Shown piece by piece: positions 52,680 through 64,000 of a DNA stretch of 64,000 nucleotides. Position 1 is the stretch's first letter. Every line of letters begins with the position of its first letter. The DNA comes from the human T2T-CHM13v2.0 reference genome, Homo sapiens. The notes beneath the pieces are model-generated. The model saw nothing but the letters and a program-made list of their open reading frames with translations, had not been told where the DNA came from and ran no database searches. The stretch lies in the NCBI RefSeq assembly GCF_009914755.1, contig NC_060925.1; one strand, given 5' to 3'. A program made the translations under genes and the position numbers.

Positions 52680-53700
52680 ATGATATCATTTGAGCCTCAC
52701 CACATCGACTGAGATGGCCAGGGCAGGCATTAGTAGTTCCTGTTCCGTAGCCCCACAGAGGTAAGAGCTTGTCCAAGCTGGTGGGGTAAGTGTCAGCTAG
52801 ACCAGAAGGTGGGTCTTCTGCCACCTCATTCAGTGCTCTTTCCAGAAGCCAAGTGACTAACTGATAATAGAAACTTCAGCATCCTAGTGAGGACACTCAC
52901 TGGAGAAATGAAATCAAGATCAGAAGTTGCCCTGATGGATACATAGATGAAATCATAGAGGATCTGTTGATGAAGAGCGCAGGTTTTGACTCCTGGTGCT
53001 CTTCCTTGTTGACCCAACAGTGTTGGGCAAGTTAAGAGTCTCCGCAACTCTCCTCTCTGCGTTCTCATCCATAGGAAGAAAACAGCACCTTTCTTTTAAG
53101 ATTGCTGTAAGGACTGAACTAGGTAACAAAGGATCCTTACTTCAGGGTCCAGCCTAGGGTAGATGTTCCATATATGATAATAATTTTTGCTATTTTTATC
53201 ACTTATTTCTGAAAAGGTAAATTCCACCCTCAGGCTGGAAGGCTGTTCTTGACTGCTTTGTGCTACCCAGAGCTCCTGTTATTTGCTGTCTCCTGCATGA
53301 GGTGGGAGGAGACATTTATTCACATATTGGTATTTTCCTGTGTTAATCCTACCTATGCCCCTCCTGGGAACATTTGTTTGTTTGTTTATTCAGCACTGAC
53401 TCTCTTCCAGTCATCTCCTAACACTTTAGAAATATTAATTCATTTCTGCTTGAACCTGGGAGGTGGAGGTTGCAGTGCACCACTGTACTCCAGCCTGGGC
53501 GACAGAGCAAGACTCCGTCTCAAAAAAAAAAAATATTAATTCATTTCATCCTCATAATAACCTTTTAGGTAGGAACTATTATTATCCCCATTTTACAGGC
53601 AGGAAAAATAAGGCACAGAGGTGAAGTCAATATGTAGCAAATGGCAGAGCCAAGATTAAAACCAGGCAGCCCAGCCACAGAGCCTATGTGTTTATCCACT
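52680..53700. mobile_element. Three MIR copies (52680-52830 -, 52960-53190 +, 53375-53700 -)
   Basis: catttgagcctcac, ttgggcaagtta..ttctcatccata, attatccccattttacag..aaggcacagag. Confidence 0.75.
53447..53532 (+). mobile_element. 5'-truncated Alu right-arm fragment inside a MIR
   Basis: tgcttgaacctgggaggtggaggttgcagtg..actccgtctc(A)n; 17-bp TSD aaatattaattcatttc. Confidence 0.93.
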
Positions 53701-54317
53701 AAACCCAATGGTCCCTACATTCAAACAAGAGATACGTCTTGAATAAAACAAGTTTGTGGCCTTGTAGAAAAGGTGCTTGTAGGTAGGGTTCCCTTTTAAG
53801 ACTCTCAAATCTCACTTCGAAATCTATCTCCTACTCTCTACCAAAAACCTGGGTAGCACTGGGGTCTCTTCCTACAGGCTTCTTGAGTGCTGAGACTTGA
53901 TAAGCCAGAGCCAGGGAAACTGACTGATTTGCCTAAAAGTCCTTAGCCATAAGTTCACAAAAATTCATTTTCTAAATGTCTTTCAAACCATAGCTTTGTG
54001 GCAGGCCCTGGGCTAAGACATTACCAAGAAGGTGTTTCCTGTCCTCTGAGAACCTACACTTATGGAATACAAGACAGTTGCTGATGCACATGTGGAAATG
54101 CCAAAGGTCTGACAGCGATTCAGATAGACTCTAAAATGATCATAGAGTTGGAAAGACTCTAAAATGATCATCATCCCTTGGAGGGACCTTTGTGTGTGCA
54201 CAGCCTGAAGGACTAAAACCTACTCACAGTGCATACGCAAACCCTGATGGAAGATGAGGGAAACTTACGCAATCATGAAAAGTACAGACAGAGTGAAAAC
54301 AGATCTGTTCACAAATC

Positions 54318-54392
54318 CCAAAGCCCTGAGCCCAGGGGACACCTCCTGATTTGTTTCCAAAGCCCTGAGCCCAGGGGACATCTCCTGATTTG
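54318..54392. repeat. 39-bp-period tandem duplication
   Basis: ccaaagccctgagcccaggggaca(c/t)ctcctgatttg twice. Confidence 0.92.
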
Positions 54393-57289
54393 AAGAAGTT
54401 TCAGTACAAATAAAAGGGAATCCTACTTCGATACACTGGCAGAGAGGCAGCAGGTGTGAAAGCACATGCACAGTAGCTTCAAGAAGGGTTTTCATAAAGG
54501 TGGGGATACTAGAGTTACTATAACTCTAGTTATAGGGAAGCTAGGGTGCTTGAGTTGCATCATAACCAAGTCCCCATCAACACTTTGCCTTTGAATAGAG
54601 CTGGGTGTTTCCCATCTACCCTTGCCTGGGAGCTCATCAGGTCCCTGGGAAATTCTCAAGTCAGACATTATTAGGCGCACTGTATGTAGCTGGAAATGGA
54701 AGCTCTGAGAGGGTATTTTCTCAGTATTTGTAGCACTGGGACCTTTTCCATCTCCAAACTGAGGGTGAACTTGGTTTCTCAGCCAAGTGGAGACATCCGG
54801 GGACAGCCCAGGTCTATAGACATATTAAGAGTTTGCCATTTTCGTCCAAGCCACCAGGATCCAAGATGATCCTGAATAGAAACTTTTGTAGACCAGAGCA
54901 AGCCCAGCCATTCAGAGGACAAAACACCATAGCCACAAGCCCTTAGGTCTCCCCCACTAAAACCAGGCTCCCATGCATAACAGGCTCACGTGAAGATCTC
55001 ACAGGGGAATAGGCTGTTGATTTTTTAAAAAAATAAAACAACGTATGAGTTTTATCTCTTTATCTCCTCAGTCCAGAGGGAAAAAAAAGAGCACAATCTG
55101 TCCTCCCAGTGGGACATCCACCTGATTAGATGTCATAAAACAGAGTAGTCCTTTAGTTAATAATGGCTGGAATACCTCCGACCCACAGTTACTGGAAAGA
55201 AAAAGAAACCTAACTACAGATAAACTCCCTAGGGTTTCAGATCCGTTTTGCAATAAGCTGTTATGAAGGAAACCTGGCCCCAAAAGATAGTTTGAATGCA
55301 AAATAAAGATAGTTCACATGCTTTGAAGCAGGGACAGGGCTCCTGTGGAAGCACCAGAATCATATTTTTGGAGGATCATTATATTTCCTGCTTCAAACTT
55401 TATTTGGGTCCCACCGTTCTTTTATACAACTTCTATTTTTGGTCATCAGAGGCGCCATGTCCTGCCAGGCAGGGGCCTCAGCAGGGCAGGTCTGGGCAGA
55501 AGAGGTAAGGATTGGATGCCTGGAGAGGGAAGAGCACTGGATAGGCAAGAGGCAGGCAAGGCTTGGGAACAGGTATAACCCACAGAGCCAGACAGGCTGG
55601 AAGTAGGGCCTGGCACAGCCTCAGGGTGAGCACCACGGGTTTATGGAACAAGACCCTAGGGTCCAGAAGGCTAGTGAATTATCAGGAAGGGACTGGAATA
55701 TGGACACAGCAGAAGCAGGCAAGGACTCTCTGAGTTCTTCCATACAGCCTGTCGCAAGACAGTGGGCAGGGGCATGAGTTTCAGCCCAGGAGGTGCAGGA
55801 TGCATCTGATTAAGACACAGGCAGAGGTGTTATGCTTGCTGGATGGTTCCTACAATCAGGGGCCTTTAAAGGAGGAAATGAAAACACATGTGGTCTTAAA
55901 ACATAGATGTATACTAAGGCTCCATCATTTGTTTGTCCACGGATTCATGGGTCTCCTAAGAACGAACTGCCATGCAAAAGTGATGGAAATAGACAGGAGA
56001 ATCCTGACCGGCTGGCCAGTGTCTATTGAGAACCTGCTTTGTGCTCAGCCCGGGAGGAAGCAAGGGAAGAAAAGGCAGCTGAGATGAGACATAAAACAAA
56101 TGCAAGTCAGGGTCCTTGTCATCAAACTGGTTGAAGGGACAAAACCAATCCTTGTGAAATAGCTTGGCAGAACGACTTGGAGGAGACCTTCCTTCTCTTC
56201 GCAGTACCTTCCCCAATAGAAAGAAATTCACTTTTGTTGAAAAAGATGCTGGCTTTACTGGGCATTAGTATCAGCTGGTGCCTTTAACTGGAAAATTCAG
56301 AAGAGAACTGAATTTCTTTGTAACAGAAAGAAGGAGGTATTCAGTGAATACTTGGGGAAGAGTTCAGAGAGAAAGAGAAGCAGAAAGAGACCCAGAGGTC
56401 CATGGCTAAAGAGGACCTTGAGGAGAGAAGGTGAAAATCCTGGTCTTTGTGGTCTTGGTACATGTGGTCTCATGTAGCTTTCTCCTCCATCTCCCCATGA
56501 AATCATAGTCAGCTCTGCATCATTCGTTAATACTTTATGGGTTGAGTCTGTTTGAGGGGATGTGTTAAAGCCCCAAATCCAACTTAAAGAAGTTCATAGG
56601 CAAAGGAAGAAGAAATACGTTTCCTGTCTTGTGAGAAAAACTATATGCACAAGTTACATTGAGGACATGTTTAGCAATGCATTAGCAAATTTAGATGTGA
56701 AATACATGTGCTTAGGAAGTTCAGAGTTAGGAAAATAATCTAAGGATCGGGGGGCAACCAAGGTAGTCTTCCTCAAAGAAGCAAATTTTGAACTAACTGT
56801 CCCTTGGGAGATAGATTCAGCACTCTGAAATACAGAAGAACTTGTGTAATTTCACAGAGACCCAAAAATATATACACTGTTTCCTGACCTCAACTCAAGA
56901 TATGGACATGTGCCCTCAGCTATGCCAACATCTACCATACAGGAAATACAGGCATGCAGCAAATCACATATCCATTACACATACTAGATAGCGTTTAACA
57001 TCTTTCAACCTGTGCAAAAGTGGCCACTGCTCCCACTGGGATGTCGTACAAAAAGTTTTCATTAGTATTTTAACCGTGTCACTGCCGAAGTGCAGAAAAG
57101 TCAAATTTATAACATGTTAGACGTTTTTAGTGGAAAATGCAAATACATAGCAGAGAAGGTTGGGCACATGTCCCTTGAAACCATTATCTCACAAAGTTTA
57201 ACCCAGGTCTAGGTCTTTCACAGAGAAAGGCTATTCAATCTCAAGCAATATCCAAGATCATCTTATCAAAGTCAGGACTGAAGCTTCAA

Positions 57290-57830
57290 AGGATATGAAT
57301 AGTCAACTCAGAAAATAAGAAACACAAATAGCCAATGAAATGTATAGATATTTTAAATCCAGACTCACTGAAAGTTAAAGGAAAGCAAATAAAAAATGAT
57401 ATGATACCATTTTTGCCCTAATTTTAGAAAATTAGAAATAATGAAATAGTTGCTTATTGGTTCAGATGGGAGTTCAGATCTCTTACAAAGTGAGTGGGAT
57501 TGCAGTTTGGTGCATAACCTTCACAGGAGACCATTTCTACCAAAAGCCCTAGCCGTGTGCATTTCCTCTAATCTGCAATTCCACTTCTAAAGTCATGTCT
57601 GGGTGGAATACCCAGGTAAATGGACAAAGATGTGTGTATAAGGATTTTCATCAGACTAGTCTTTAAAACACTGAAAAATTGGAGACTACCTAAATGTGTA
57701 GCAAAAGTAGGTTATTAAATAAAGTACAATACTCATTCAATGAAATACTATCTCACCATTTGTAGTAATAACGTAAGGTTTCATGACACAGAAAAAATGT
57801 CATAATACATAGCAAGATGTTGTAAATGAG
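57290..57830 (+). mobile_element. L1ME-like fragment
   Basis: ggatatgaatagtcaactca, gcaattccacttcta, ggaga ctacctaaatgt, caatgaaatacta. Confidence 0.7.
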
Positions 57831-58019
57831 TAAAGCAGGTTCCACACAATATATAATACAATGAGTTTTGTAGTAACAAAAATAGTTCATGTGTTTAGTT
57901 GTTAAACCAAAATAAAAGCTGCATGCCAGCAGTGGATCTTCTGGGTGTTAAATGCTATCTTGAAAAGTGCCTGGCATAAAATAGGGAATCAAGAAATATT
58001 TGTTAATTAAATAAATTCT

Positions 58020-58235
58020 TGCTTACTATGCAGCAGGCACTGTTGTAAACGCATGGTATAGTATCTCATTCTCACAGCAGCGCCATGCTCTAAGTCTTTC
58101 TGTGAACTCTGCAGAGCTGTGAGGAAGCTGAGGCACAGAGAGGTTAAGCATTATGACCCAGGTCACCCAGCTAGTAAGTGGCGAAGCCAGAATTCAAACT
58201 CAGCAACCGGAATCCAGAGTCTTCATTCAAACACT
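58020..58235 (-). mobile_element. MIR SINE
   Basis: tgaggaagctgaggcacagagaggttaag..cccaggtcacccagctagtaagtggc..gaattcaaac. Confidence 0.88.
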
Positions 58236-58875
58236 TTGTTAATATATATATGTAGAGCAAATTCTGGAAGGATAGACACCATTACATCTTCAGCAGTGAT
58301 TTGGGCAGCTCTAGGTAGTAAGATTACTCAAGGTTTTGTTTTTTCTTCTTGCTTGCCAGAGATTTCTAATCTCTCTCCAGTGCAGATGTAAAAATTACTT
58401 TCTTTAAAATGTATATAGATATTACTTTTAAATAGCATGCCGTTTTGTTTAGTGGATGCTTTCTCTGGCCAGAAGCAAAAGAAAAGAAAAGAAAAGCAGA
58501 GGAGAGGGTTTCTCAAGGAAGAGGGGAAAGATGAGGAACAAGTAGAGGGATCATGGTTCCCAATCCCCAGACCTGAATACCGTATTGAAAGCTAGATTTT
58601 CATGTTGTAAAACAAAGTAGAACATTTCTAGAACCTACAAGCCCCTTAATTCCTCATTATCTGTACTGCGCCCTTCAACCCAAGAGGATTCCAGGATGCT
58701 TCCTTGGGGTTGCCACTCACTTGGACAGACACGTGGTGGCCCAAAGTGGAGAGGTGGAGAGCCTCTTGCATGGACATCTCCACGTGGACACAATCATTCA
58801 AGTGCCATTGCGACAAGTGTTTTTTGACCTCCTACTCTGTGCTGGGCACTGGGTGGGCATGAAGGATACAAATTC

Positions 58876-59046
58876 ATTTTTTGTTTGCTTTTGTTTTTAG
58901 AGAGAGGATCTCACTCTGTCACCCAGGCTGGAGTGCAGTGGTGTGATCCTGGTTCAGTGTAGCCTCGATCTCCTGGCCTCAAGTGATCATCCTGCCTCAG
59001 TCTCCTGAGTCACTGGGATTACAGGCATGAGCCACTGTGCCAAGCT
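58876..59046 (-). mobile_element. Alu monomer (FRAM-like) within L2
   Basis: Single monomer with T-rich tail; degenerate TSD tgaaggatacaaa/tgaagaaaacaaa. Confidence 0.85.
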
Positions 59047-59199
59047 CCTGAAGAAAACAAAAGATACGATACCTGCTTCAAGAAACTCAGAGACTGTTGG
59101 AAAGACAAACTGAAACACACAGCTAATGTATTAAGGAGCTAACAGAAAGAAGTTCAGGAGGCTGCAGGAGCACACGGGAGGGACTCTAATTCCTGCAAC

Positions 59200-59890
59200 A
59201 TCTTGTACTTAACTTTATCATAGAACTCGTTTCATTTTCAAATGTATTTGTGTGCTTTGTGATCCATCTGTCCAATGATCTATTAACTCCTTGAGGACTG
59301 GCACTGTCTCTTATTCATGTCTGCATCTCAGCGCCTGGAACACAGTAGGTTGTTTAACCAGCAGATTTGCTCAAATAATTGTCTCCATAGGGAGATGGCT
59401 TTGTAGGCAACTTCTACAGTTTGGCCCATTGAGGATAAGGTCAAGGTAGAAGAGAATACCTAGAAACCGCTGTAGCTCAGACAGAGCGAACCAGGTGAAT
59501 AGACAAGGAGAGGAAGAAAAGAATTCTTGGACTGACCAAATGAACACAAAGGCAAGACCCAGTTAAGAAACGGTTATATTCCAGTCAAAACAGACGTGGC
59601 TGAATGAAAGATGAGGCTGGGGTGGTGAGCAGAGCTGAGTCATGAAGGTGCTTTAATTCACACTAAGAAGTACAAATTTTATCTTGCAAACTAGGAGGAT
59701 TCCAAGAAAAGAGGAGACGTGGTAAGATTTGATTACAGGAAATCAGTCTGGGAGCACTATTGAAAGAAGAAAAGGGGTAAATCAGAGGCAAAGAGGCCAG
59801 TTAAAACAGATTACTGCAAGAAGGCAACCAGGAAACTAACCAGGGCCTGGAGGAAGGCAGGAGCTTCAGAGGTGGAGAGAAAAAGACACC
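59200..59890. mobile_element. L2 fragments (+ then -)
   Basis: ctccttgaggactggcactgtctc..gcctggaacacagtagg; gagtcatgaagg..gaggcaaagaggccagtta. Confidence 0.6.
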
Positions 59891-60829
59891 CCAACATTAT
59901 TTTCCTCCTAGACAGCTTGAAATGATTCTCAGGCAGGCAGAACAGTTAAAACCTGGTGTCGAGTGTGGAAAAGGCAAAGTTGATCTTAAGTACCTAGCCA
60001 TCCTGCCTGCTCAGCAGCACCAGTCAATCCCCCGAGGTTTCACACCCCACTAGCACCTCGGAGCACACTCCCCCAACAGGCAGTAACGAAGACATCCAGG
60101 CAGCCAGAGAAACACTCAGAAGCAGTGGCAGAGGGGGAAAAAAGTGCATTACAGAGCCCAACATCTGTGTCTAGCAGCTGCCAAGCAACCTCCATGTGTT
60201 TCTGCAGCTGTCGGTGTGGAAGCAATGGAAGACGGAACAGAAGGATGAAAAGAGGGTTCAGCAACAGGCTCTGAGTACCAGGCAGATAGGCAGGCTCTGG
60301 GGCAGTTGAGGCTGATTCACTGGGTGCTCTGGGGAGCTGTTGCTTTCCGTAGAGATTTGCCACACAGAGCCCTTAAGTAGCCAGGCCACTCCTAAGGCTG
60401 CACAGAGGAGGAGACCTATCACCCCACCTGAGCCAGGCAGCCCAGGAAAGCTGAGACCGGACTGGCCACAGCAACCTCCTTGGTTTGATTGCAAGGCCCT
60501 GGTCTCCATCTCTCTGAAGGTGTAGTATGATACATCACTTAGTGTTCAGTCAAATATGTGAATCAAAGTTAAGTACGGTGGGAGAATTGTTTGATAAGTT
60601 CATGAACCTTTTCCCACCAAATAATCAAAGAGATGACCCAGGGTCTCATCATTCAACCAAAATAGGGAATTACTGGTTTTGACATTCACCTTGGGAGGTC
60701 GGAGAAATGGACCATGCTGATTATCCACTCACTCGTCCATTAATTCAGAGGTTTATTAAGTACCTACCAAGTACATAAGAATATGCTAGGCTTTGTGGCA
60801 GCTGAGACAGAAAGAGAAGGTAATAATGC

Positions 60830-61525
60830 CTAGAATGTTTGTTATGCTGTACAACTTACAAAGACTTTTCACATCAATTACTTTTTCACAACCAAAGTGA
60901 ATATTCAGTTCATTTGCACAGGACAGGCATCCCAGGTATGTACGGCCATCGACTATTCTGATTGGCCAGTGTCCTTGTGAACCAGGTATTAAACACAGCA
61001 TTTTTAAAGACCACCTGTACCCACAGCAATGTGGTGAGGTCACATTTACATTCTCAAAGTATCTAGCCTGTGACCACTTTCTCCTGAGTGGTACTGCCAG
61101 GATTAGAACACTCAAGGAGCTCACACTAGAGTTAGAAGAGGAAGATATAAAGAGATCTGAAATAACTTCAGGGTGACATGAAAATGAGGGCTTGAAAGTG
61201 TGAGCCAGAGGTAAAATAAAAAATAAGGAAAAGATTGATGGGTACTCAAGGCAAACTTGGTAAAGAATAGCATTTTTTGCTGGGAGTTTGACAGTTGACA
61301 CAGCCTTGAAGGAAATTAGAGATTTGGACAGGGCTTCTGTCATGGTTGTTATGAGAAGAAGCTCTAGAGACAAAATTTCTGGGTTGAAAATACAGCTTTC
61401 CATGTATCAAATGTAGATGATGATAATCACAGTGTCTACTCAAGGGTTTCTGAAGATTAAGAGACAATCTAGGTAAAGCGACTTACACAGAATGTGCTCC
61501 ACAAATGGTCAGCGTTATTATTTCA
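60830..61525. mobile_element. MIR3 (-, 60830-61010) and MIR (+, 61380-61525) fragments
   Basis: acttacaaagacttttcacatc..aaccaggt; cagctttccatgtatcaaatg..gaagattaagaga. Confidence 0.55.
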
Positions 61526-61584
61526 TTTCCCTTTGTAAATGGCAAATGGTATAGAGCTTCAGCAGAGGCTCTTCAGTGCCACCG

Positions 61585-62282
<698 letters not shown>

Positions 62283-62880
62283 TACTAAGAAAATTTGAAA
62301 ACTTGAAATTCAGCCACTTTTCTCATCATCTTAGATTCCTGCCCCCTGGAAAGGTAGGAAATTGTATCTGTGTGGTGGGACTTTGGCAATGTCTATGTGG
62401 ACCTTTCTCTCCTGCCTCAAACCCTCCTCCACCCACTGTCCCAAAGACTCCTGAAGGCCTCAGTTCCTGCTGAAATATCCATATCCCTCTGAGGGGTAGC
62501 ACTTTATGTTGTTGTAAGTTTTTGAATTTGTGAAAGACAGAATTAAGAATGTTCTGTTAAAAAGACAAGAAAGAATTTAGAAATAAAATATGGCATCACA
62601 GCATATACATAAGCCTCACACATTTGCCTAAAATTGGCCTGCGTGAGGCTAGATCCAAATAGAATATTACCATCATGACCCCTTCCTTATTGTGAATACC
62701 AATGGAAATTTTAATACACTTATGATGTTTGGGGCAGGTCTAACCACCTTTGATCCCAGGCAGAACTCCGACTCTCTAGGAAAGAGAGTCACCTGCATTA
62801 TCAAGTGAGCACCATGATGTTCTTGAGCCCCATGAAAGGAGCAGGGCAGGGGAAGTTTTCCCTGGGAGAAGGAAAGTAGT

Positions 62881-62923
62881 CCTACTCCTCCTCCTTCTGT
62901 TCCTCCTCCTCCTCCTCCTCCTC
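62881..62923. repeat. (CCT)n
   Basis: Direct inspection. Confidence 0.85.
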
Positions 62924-63172
62924 ACTGTCCCATATATCAGACTCTAACAGATAACACTGAGTCTTTCCCTGCCTTGTCCTTGACTTAACAGACACTTTGA
63001 TTTATCTAGCAGTTGCTTTTCTTTTCACTTTAGGATCTCATCAATTTTACAGTTTTCAGTTGGCTCAGCCTACCTGTAAGTGAAGGAATCTATACGTGCT
63101 TTCTGTCTTCATAGCTTTGGGGAAATGTTTTAAGTGGTATTTGGTGATTGAAAGCAAGACATAATCACCCCA

Positions 63173-63555
63173 TGATATGATTAGTCTTTGTAGTCCCCAC
63201 CCAAATCTCATCTTGAATTGCAATCCCCGTAATCCCCACAGGTCAAGGGAGAGACCAGGTGGAGGTTATTGAATGATGGGGGTGGTTTCCCCCATGCTGC
63301 TCTCACGATAGGGAATTCTCACAAGATCTAATGGTTTTATAAGGGGTTCTTGTCCCTTTTCTTGGCACTTCTCCTTCCTGCCACCTTGTGAAGAAGGTGC
63401 CTTGCTTCCACTTTGTCTTCAGCCATGACTGTAAGTTTCCTGAGGCCTCCCAAGCCATCCTGAACTATGAGTCAATTTAAACCCCTCTCCTTTACAAATT
63501 ACCCAGTCTCAGTCTTGGGCAGTTCTTTATACCAGCGTGAAAATGGACTGATATA
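63173..63555 (+). mobile_element. THE1 (C/D-like) solo LTR
   Basis: tgatatg..ccccacccaaatctcatcttgaattg..aaattacccagtctc..aaatggactgatata; 5-bp TSD cccca/cccca. Confidence 0.95.
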
Positions 63556-64000
63556 CCCCATAATGAAGAAACTGATGAAGGCCCCTCTAACAGTTTTTAT
63601 ATCACTGTTAAACCACACAGTCTCACTCTATGTTTTAGAGAGAAATGGCCAACATCATAATTATCAACAGCATAACTCTCCACACCATACCACCACGATG
63701 CCATCATGTTCTTTAAACCTCCCACTTAGTGGAAGATGGGTGTGACTAAATTGTCAATCCTGTGGTGTCTCTGGAGAGGGCCAATAAGTGGCATCCCTCT
63801 TTGCCTGCAATTGACAAATAAAGTAAAACAGTGGCAGACGGAAGCCAAAATAAAATCTTTATTACAATAAAGACCAAGCAGAAGGATACTATTTAGTATT
63901 TGCTCAAAGGAGGTCCAAGTCACATAAAAGCAAACTGCCAGTCAACAGGTTTGTTTAAATACCAGGGTTTTTTAAAATTCCCTTTTAAATAAAGAGCAAA

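Noticed and set aside
60786-61403. 205-aa minus-strand ORF
   Set aside because: Overlaps MIR/L2 remnants; no recognisable domain or splice structure
63266-63276. DUX4 site position in THE1 LTR
   Set aside because: TTATTGAATGA has two mismatches to TAATTGAATCA
63446-63458. PRDM9 hotspot motif position in THE1 LTR
   Set aside because: CCTCCCAAGCCAT mismatches CCNCCNTNNCCNC at positions 7 and 13

Overview
Primate (Alu/AluY-bearing, probably human or ape) autosomal-type genomic DNA, moderately AT-rich and dense in repeats: MIR, L2, L3/CR1, MamSINE1, L1M, Alu, MaLR/ERVL LTRs including two LTR-int-LTR MaLR proviruses, Tigger1, MER2/3/5A/58A, and many microsatellites. I recognise no intact protein-coding gene; the long ORFs in the track come from repeats or low-complexity DNA. 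The main unexplained structure is a set of splice-site-bounded, colinear, heavily decayed exons on the minus strand (about 24.4 kb down to 17.2 kb). Their translations resemble, in the right order, a CRLF2(TSLPR)/IL2RG-type class I cytokine receptor: FnIII half-domains, a PSDWS-type exon, a transmembrane exon, a Box1-position exon split by Tigger1, and a C-terminal tail. This is a candidate unprocessed (possibly unitary) pseudogene. Weaker traces of a second, convergent receptor lie on the plus strand at about 13.1-14.7 kb. All protein comparisons were made by eye against sequences recalled from memory, with frameshifts allowed, so they need computational confirmation. Repeat subfamily names and boundaries are approximate.
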